DNA of 64,000 nucleotides, taken from an uncultured Gemmatimonadales bacterium (GTDB lineage Bacteria > Gemmatimonadota > Gemmatimonadetes > Longimicrobiales > RSA9). Position 1 is the stretch's first letter, and each line of letters opens with the position of its first letter. A program made the translations under genes and the position numbers. Shown piece after piece: positions 59,812-64,000 of the stretch. Location: the NCBI GenBank assembly GCA_963708135.1, contig OY970192.1, forward strand, positions 1,280,001-1,344,000. The letters run 5' to 3'. The notes below the pieces were generated by a model. It saw only the letters and a program-made list of their open reading frames with translations. It made no database searches and was not told the origin of the DNA.

Positions 59812-61404
59812 CTACGCGCGATCGACCGGCCTGGGCGTCGCCGGCCGTGCCGGCAGCCGCAGCGTGAACGTCGATCCGACGCCCGGCGTGGTGTCCACGG
59901 TCACATCCCCGCCCATGAGGCGGGCGAGCTGTCGGGAGAGCGGCAGGCCCAGGCCCGTGCCGCGGCCCTTCGCCGCGACCGACACCTGCTCGTACGGCCG
60001 GAAGATGCGCTCAATGTCCTCCGGCGCGATACCCGGACCGGTATCGCGCACCCACGCCAGCACCTCGCCCGCCTCGTTCCGCTCGACGCCCGCCGTGATC
60101 TCGCCGCCCGCCGGCGTGAACTTCGTCGCATTGGTCAGCAGGTTCACCATGATCTGACGGACCCGCATCGGGTCGGCCTCCACGACCACGCCGCGCTGCA
60201 GGGGCGAGGCGACCTGCATGCGGATGCCGGCGGATTCGGCATCCGGGCGCATCTGCAGCACGGCGTCGTGCACCACCTCCCCGACATCGACGGGCCAGGA
60301 GGTGAGCGTGAGGCGGCCCTCCTGGATGCGGGAGAGGCTGAGCAGATCCTCGATGAGCTTGCTTGCGCCCTCGGCGCCCTTCATGATCTTGCCGAGCCCG
60401 TCCCTCCACTCCTCGATGGTGTCCGGTTCGCGGCGGATCAGGTGGCGCGCCCAGACGGTGACCCCCGCCACCGCGTTTCCGAGCTCGTGGCTGACCGCGG
60501 CGAAGAAGCGGTCGCGCTCCTGGCGGAGCTGGGCGTTCTCGATGGCAACGGCCGCCTGGGCGGCGAGCATCTCGATGATGGCCAGGTCGTTTCCGCTGAA
60601 ATCCTCCGCCCCGACCTTCTCCGTCACGTAGAGATTGCCGAAGACGCGTCCTTTGCTGGTGACGGGCACGCCGAGGAACGACTGCATCTTGGGGTGGTGC
60701 GGGGGGACCCCGGAGGTGGCGGGGTGCTCGCTGAGGTCGTGCAGCCGGATCGGCTTGGGCTCACGGATCAGCAACCCGAGGATGCCGTGGCCGGCGGGCA
60801 GGTGGCCGATGCGCGCGCGTTGCTCGGGAGTGAGCCCGGCCGTGATGAAGTCGGAGAGTCCGGTGCCCTCTGCGTTGATCACGCCCATGGCGGCGTAGCG
60901 GGCATCCACCATTTCCCGGACCACGTCAACGAGCACCTGGAGCACACGATCGAGCGAGAGCGCCGAGGAGAGGGCGAGCCCGGCCTCGACGAGTCCCTCC
61001 GTGACGCGCTCCCCCTCAGCGTCCGCCGCCGCGGCGATGCGCACGTGCCGCTCGCGCAGCTGGACCAGGACGGACTCCCGAAGCGGCATGACGGTCACGT
61101 CGTAGTGGCCCTGATGCTGGTCCGTGCTGTAGCGCGTGGTGAAGGTGACGGTCTGCCCTTCATCCACCGCCTGGCGCACGCGTCGCTCGAAGGGGGTGTT
61201 CTCGAGCATCGGCAGCGCATCGTATACCGTCCCGCGGGGCACGAAGTCCACGCCCACGAGCCGGCGGGCGGCCACGTTGGCCCGCAGCACGCACCAGTCC
61301 CGGTCGAGGAGCACGACGGCGTCGGACAGCAGGTCGATCACCTGCCAGTCGGCGTCGGCGAGGCTGCTCGTCTTGCTCCGCTTCGCGCGCTTCTCGTTGG
61401 CCAT
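59812..61404 (-). CDS. Cytoplasmic PAS-GAF sensor histidine kinase
   Basis: PAS-like N-terminus; GAF with HHPKMQSFLGVP..GNLYVTEK; SHELGN H-box; NATKFT, DTGPGI, GTGLGL. Confidence 0.88.
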   Translation of the reverse strand: MANEKRAKRSKTSSLADADWQVIDLLSDAVVLLDRDWCVLRANVAARRLVGVDFVPRGTVYDALPMLENTPFERRVRQAVDEGQTVTFTTRYSTDQHQGHYDVTVMPLRESVLVQLRERHVRIAAAADAEGERVTEGLVEAGLALSSALSLDRVLQVLVDVVREMVDARYAAMGVINAEGTGLSDFITAGLTPEQRARIGHLPAGHGILGLLIREPKPIRLHDLSEHPATSGVPPHHPKMQSFLGVPVTSKGRVFGNLYVTEKVGAEDFSGNDLAIIEMLAAQAAVAIENAQLRQERDRFFAAVSHELGNAVAGVTVWARHLIRREPDTIEEWRDGLGKIMKGAEGASKLIEDLLSLSRIQEGRLTLTSWPVDVGEVVHDAVLQMRPDAESAGIRMQVASPLQRGVVVEADPMRVRQIMVNLLTNATKFTPAGGEITAGVERNEAGEVLAWVRDTGPGIAPEDIERIFRPYEQVSVAAKGRGTGLGLPLSRQLARLMGGDVTVDTTPGVGSTFTLRLPARPATPRPVDRA

Positions 61405-61425
61405 ATTGGAATCCGGACTGCTGCC

Positions 61426-63093
61426 TCAGAACAGGCCGTGGATGGTCCCGTCCGGGTCCAGCCTCATCGCCTCGGCCGCCGGGGTCCTCGGCAGCCCGGG
61501 CATCGTCATGATATCCCCCGTCTGCGCGACTACGAACCCCGCTCCCGCGGAGGGCGTGACCTCGCGCACCGTGATCCTGAAGCCCGTGGGCGCTCCCAGC
61601 AGCCTGGGATCATCGGCGAAGGAATACTGCGTCTTGGCCATACACACCGGCACGGCGCCGAGGCCGATGGACTCGAGCTTCGCGATCTGCTTCTCCGCCG
61701 CGCTCGTGTAGTCCACGCCGTCCGCGCGGTAGATCTCCGTGGCGACCCTCTCCATCTTCGCCTTGAGCGGCTGCTCCAGCTCGTAGAGCGGAGCATACGT
61801 CGCGCCGCCCCCCTCCAGGACGTCCAGCACCAGGTCGGCGAGCTCCAGCGCTCCGGCTCCGCCGTGGCCGTGCACGTCGGCCACCGCCACCGGCACCTCC
61901 ATCCCCCGGCACGCTTCCACGAGCGCGTCCAGCTCCTCCGCGCTGTCGCTCGCGAAGCGATTGATCCCGACCACCGGCGGCACCCCGAACTTGCGCACGT
62001 TCTCGACGTGGCGCGCCAGGTTGGCCGCGCCCCGCGAGACGGCCGCGGGGTCCGGCGTCGCCAGCCCCGTGCGCGCCACGCCGCCGTGCATCTTGAGCGC
62101 CCGGATCGTCGCGACTACCACCGCCGCGCCCGGCTCGAGGCCGCCGGCCCGCGCCTTGATGTCGAAGAACTTCTCCGCGCCGAGGTCCGCTCCGAAGCCG
62201 GCCTCCGTCACCACGAGATCCGCGAGGGCCAGCCCCGCCCGCGTGGCGATGAGCGAGTTGCACCCGTGCGCGATGTTGCCGAACGGACCGCCGTGGATGA
62301 AGGCCGGCGTGCCCTCCAGCGTCTGGACCAGGTTCGGCGCGATCGCGTCTCCCAGCAGCAGCGTCATCGCGCCCGACGCGCCCAGGTCTGCCGAGCGCAC
62401 GGGCGCTCCCGCCCGGTCGTAGCCCACGATGATGCGGCCCAGCCGTGCCTCCAGGTCCTCCGCATCGCGCGCCAGCGCGAAGATCGCCATGATCTCCGAA
62501 GCCGCCGTGATCATGAACCCGTCCTGCCGCGGCACGCCGCCCGTGGGACCGCCGAGCCCGATCACGATCTGACGCAGCGCGCGGTCGTTCATGTCCACCG
62601 CGCGCTTCCAGGTGATCCGCCGCGCATCGATCCCGAGCGCGTTGCCCTGGTGCAGGTGGTTGTCCAGCATCGCCGAGAGCAGCGCGTGCGCCGACGTGAT
62701 CGCGTGGAAGTCTCCCGTGAAGTGGAGGTTGATGGCCTCCATCGGCACCACCTGCGCGTAGCCGCCCCCCGACGCGCCCCCCTTCACCCCGAACACCGGG
62801 CCCAGGCTCGGCTGCCGCAGGCACAGCACCACGCGCCGCGAGCGCCGGCGCAGCCCGTCCGCCAGCCCCACCGCCATGGTGGATTTCCCCTCGCCCGCCG
62901 GCGTCGGGTTGATCCCCGTCACCAGCACCAGGCGTCCGCCCGCGCCGCGCCGCCGCTCGATCGCCTCCAGATGCACCTTGGCCTTGTAGCGGCCGTACAG
63001 GTCGATGTCCGTCTCCGGCAGGTCCAGCTCCGCCGCTACCTCCACGATCGGCTTCAGCTCGGCGGCCTGGGCAATCTCGATATCCGTGCGCAT
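61426..63093 (-). CDS. fhs: Formate--tetrahydrofolate ligase
   Basis: MRTDIEIAQ, PTPAGEGKST, KGGASGGGYAQV, HGGPFGNIAHG, TEAGFGADLG, MTMPGLP, GLF. Confidence 0.96.
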   Translation of the reverse strand: MRTDIEIAQAAELKPIVEVAAELDLPETDIDLYGRYKAKVHLEAIERRRGAGGRLVLVTGINPTPAGEGKSTMAVGLADGLRRRSRRVVLCLRQPSLGPVFGVKGGASGGGYAQVVPMEAINLHFTGDFHAITSAHALLSAMLDNHLHQGNALGIDARRITWKRAVDMNDRALRQIVIGLGGPTGGVPRQDGFMITAASEIMAIFALARDAEDLEARLGRIIVGYDRAGAPVRSADLGASGAMTLLLGDAIAPNLVQTLEGTPAFIHGGPFGNIAHGCNSLIATRAGLALADLVVTEAGFGADLGAEKFFDIKARAGGLEPGAAVVVATIRALKMHGGVARTGLATPDPAAVSRGAANLARHVENVRKFGVPPVVGINRFASDSAEELDALVEACRGMEVPVAVADVHGHGGAGALELADLVLDVLEGGGATYAPLYELEQPLKAKMERVATEIYRADGVDYTSAAEKQIAKLESIGLGAVPVCMAKTQYSFADDPRLLGAPTGFRITVREVTPSAGAGFVVAQTGDIMTMPGLPRTPAAEAMRLDPDGTIHGLF

Positions 63094-63304
63094 CGGGCTC
63101 CGGCACCTCGTTCGGTTGCTGTTTGCTGGTATCCGGCTTCGATCCAGCCGTTCAGTCAGTATACGCGCAAGCCCGACGGCCGGCCACACCTCGCCGCCAC
63201 CATCGCGCCCCGCGTCGGCGTAACCTCCGGGGCGGTGCGCGACTGCGATGGGGCGAAACAGGACAGGACGTTTCGGAAAGTCGCGTTTTTGGGCCATAGC
63301 CAGA

Positions 63305-63319
63305 GGGCACGCTTTCTGC
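63305..63319 (+). promoter_or_regulatory. Candidate sigma54 promoter for hypCD
   Basis: GGGCACGCTTTCTGC (GGCACG-N4-CTGC variant, GG-N10-GC spacing), about 57 nt before hypC. Confidence 0.45.
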
Positions 63320-63376
63320 CCCCTCGGACCGCCGATCCTTGCGATCGACAGGAACCCAAATCGGCGAGGAACGCAC

Positions 63377-63685
63377 ATGTGCCTGGGAGTGCCGGGACGC
63401 GTGGTCGAGGTGCACGGGCAGACCGCGATCGTGGACTTCTTCGGGGTACGCCGCGAGACGCGGCTGGATGTGGTCGATGAGCCGGTCGCGCCCGGGGACT
63501 ACATCCTGAACCACGTCGGCTTTGCGATCCGCAAGATCCCGGCGGAGGAGATCCAGGAGACGCTGGCGCTCTACGAGCTGCTGCTCCGGGAGGCGGAAGG
63601 GGACGTGATGGCGGCCGACGTCCGCGGCGAGATGGAGGCGGGCGGCTGGGCGGCGGTCCCACCGCAGGCGGGGTCCGATGGCTAG
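63377..63685 (+). CDS. hypC: [NiFe]-hydrogenase maturation chaperone HypC
   Basis: MCLGVPG N-terminus; GDYILNHVGFAI. Confidence 0.93.
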   Translation: MCLGVPGRVVEVHGQTAIVDFFGVRRETRLDVVDEPVAPGDYILNHVGFAIRKIPAEEIQETLALYELLLREAEGDVMAADVRGEMEAGGWAAVPPQAGSDG

Positions 63686-64000
63686 CGCCACGGAGCTGCG
63701 TGGCGGGGCGGGGGCGCAGCTCGATGAGCTGAAGTTCCGCGATCCCGCCAAGGCGCGGGAGCTTTCGGCCGCGCTCGCGCGGGTGTGCGAGACGATCGGC
63801 CGGGCGCCGATCTCGGTCATGCACGTATGCGGCAGCCACGAGCAGTCGATCGCGAAGTACGGTCTGCGCGCGGTGCTGCCGGAGGCGCTGGACGTGATCA
63901 TGGGCCCGGGCTGCCCCGTGTGCGTGACGGACCTCCCGGAGGTGGACGAGGCAGTAGTGCTCGCGGAACAGGGGGTGAGGATCGCGACGTACGGCGACAT
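63678..64000 (+). CDS. hypD: [NiFe]-hydrogenase maturation protein HypD, 3' end outside the window
   Basis: Manual translation: FRDP..., MHVCGSHEQ, GPGCPVCVT, TYGD. Confidence 0.9.
   Translation, partial: MASATELRGGAGAQLDELKFRDPAKARELSAALARVCETIGRAPISVMHVCGSHEQSIAKYGLRAVLPEALDVIMGPGCPVCVTDLPEVDEAVVLAEQGVRIATYGD

Overview
A very GC-rich bacterial window. Gene styles suggest Gemmatimonadota, but that is inference only. The left third (1-23.4 kb) holds envelope and housekeeping genes: an Ig/TIG-domain Zn-peptidase lipoprotein, a TonB-dependent receptor with a TolB-like partner, and a YafK-like L,D-transpeptidase-family protein. It also has an operon of class-A beta-lactamase-like serine hydrolase, M15-like peptidase and PafA/Dop-like ligase, plus mprF, an orphan cytochrome b, Usp, DUF302 and pntAA/AB/B. 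The centre (23.6-58.1 kb) is a large cytochrome-c island bracketed by a split System I maturation set (ccmABCDE on the left, ccmFGH on the right). It encodes 9 multiheme and 1 monoheme c-type cytochromes (hand count: 107 CxxCH plus 7 CxxxGCH motifs). It includes two paralogous [multiheme]-[beta-barrel]-[16-heme] modules that look like porin-cytochrome conduits, and three different putative quinone-pool interfaces (Rieske/cytochrome b with a nonaheme, a split CbcL-like c+b pair, and a NapC/NirT-like 20-heme fusion). Two nonaheme lipoprotein paralogues are each preceded by a conserved 32-36 aa micropeptide. A sigma54 two-component system, candidate -24/-12 promoters and an IS21-family element also lie in the island. 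The right end has a second sigma54 regulator with a PAS-GAF kinase, fhs and the start of hypCD. The best candidate for an undescribed system is this extracellular-electron-transfer-like island with its non-MtrB barrel family and its micropeptide. All assignments come from motif reading; no searches were run.
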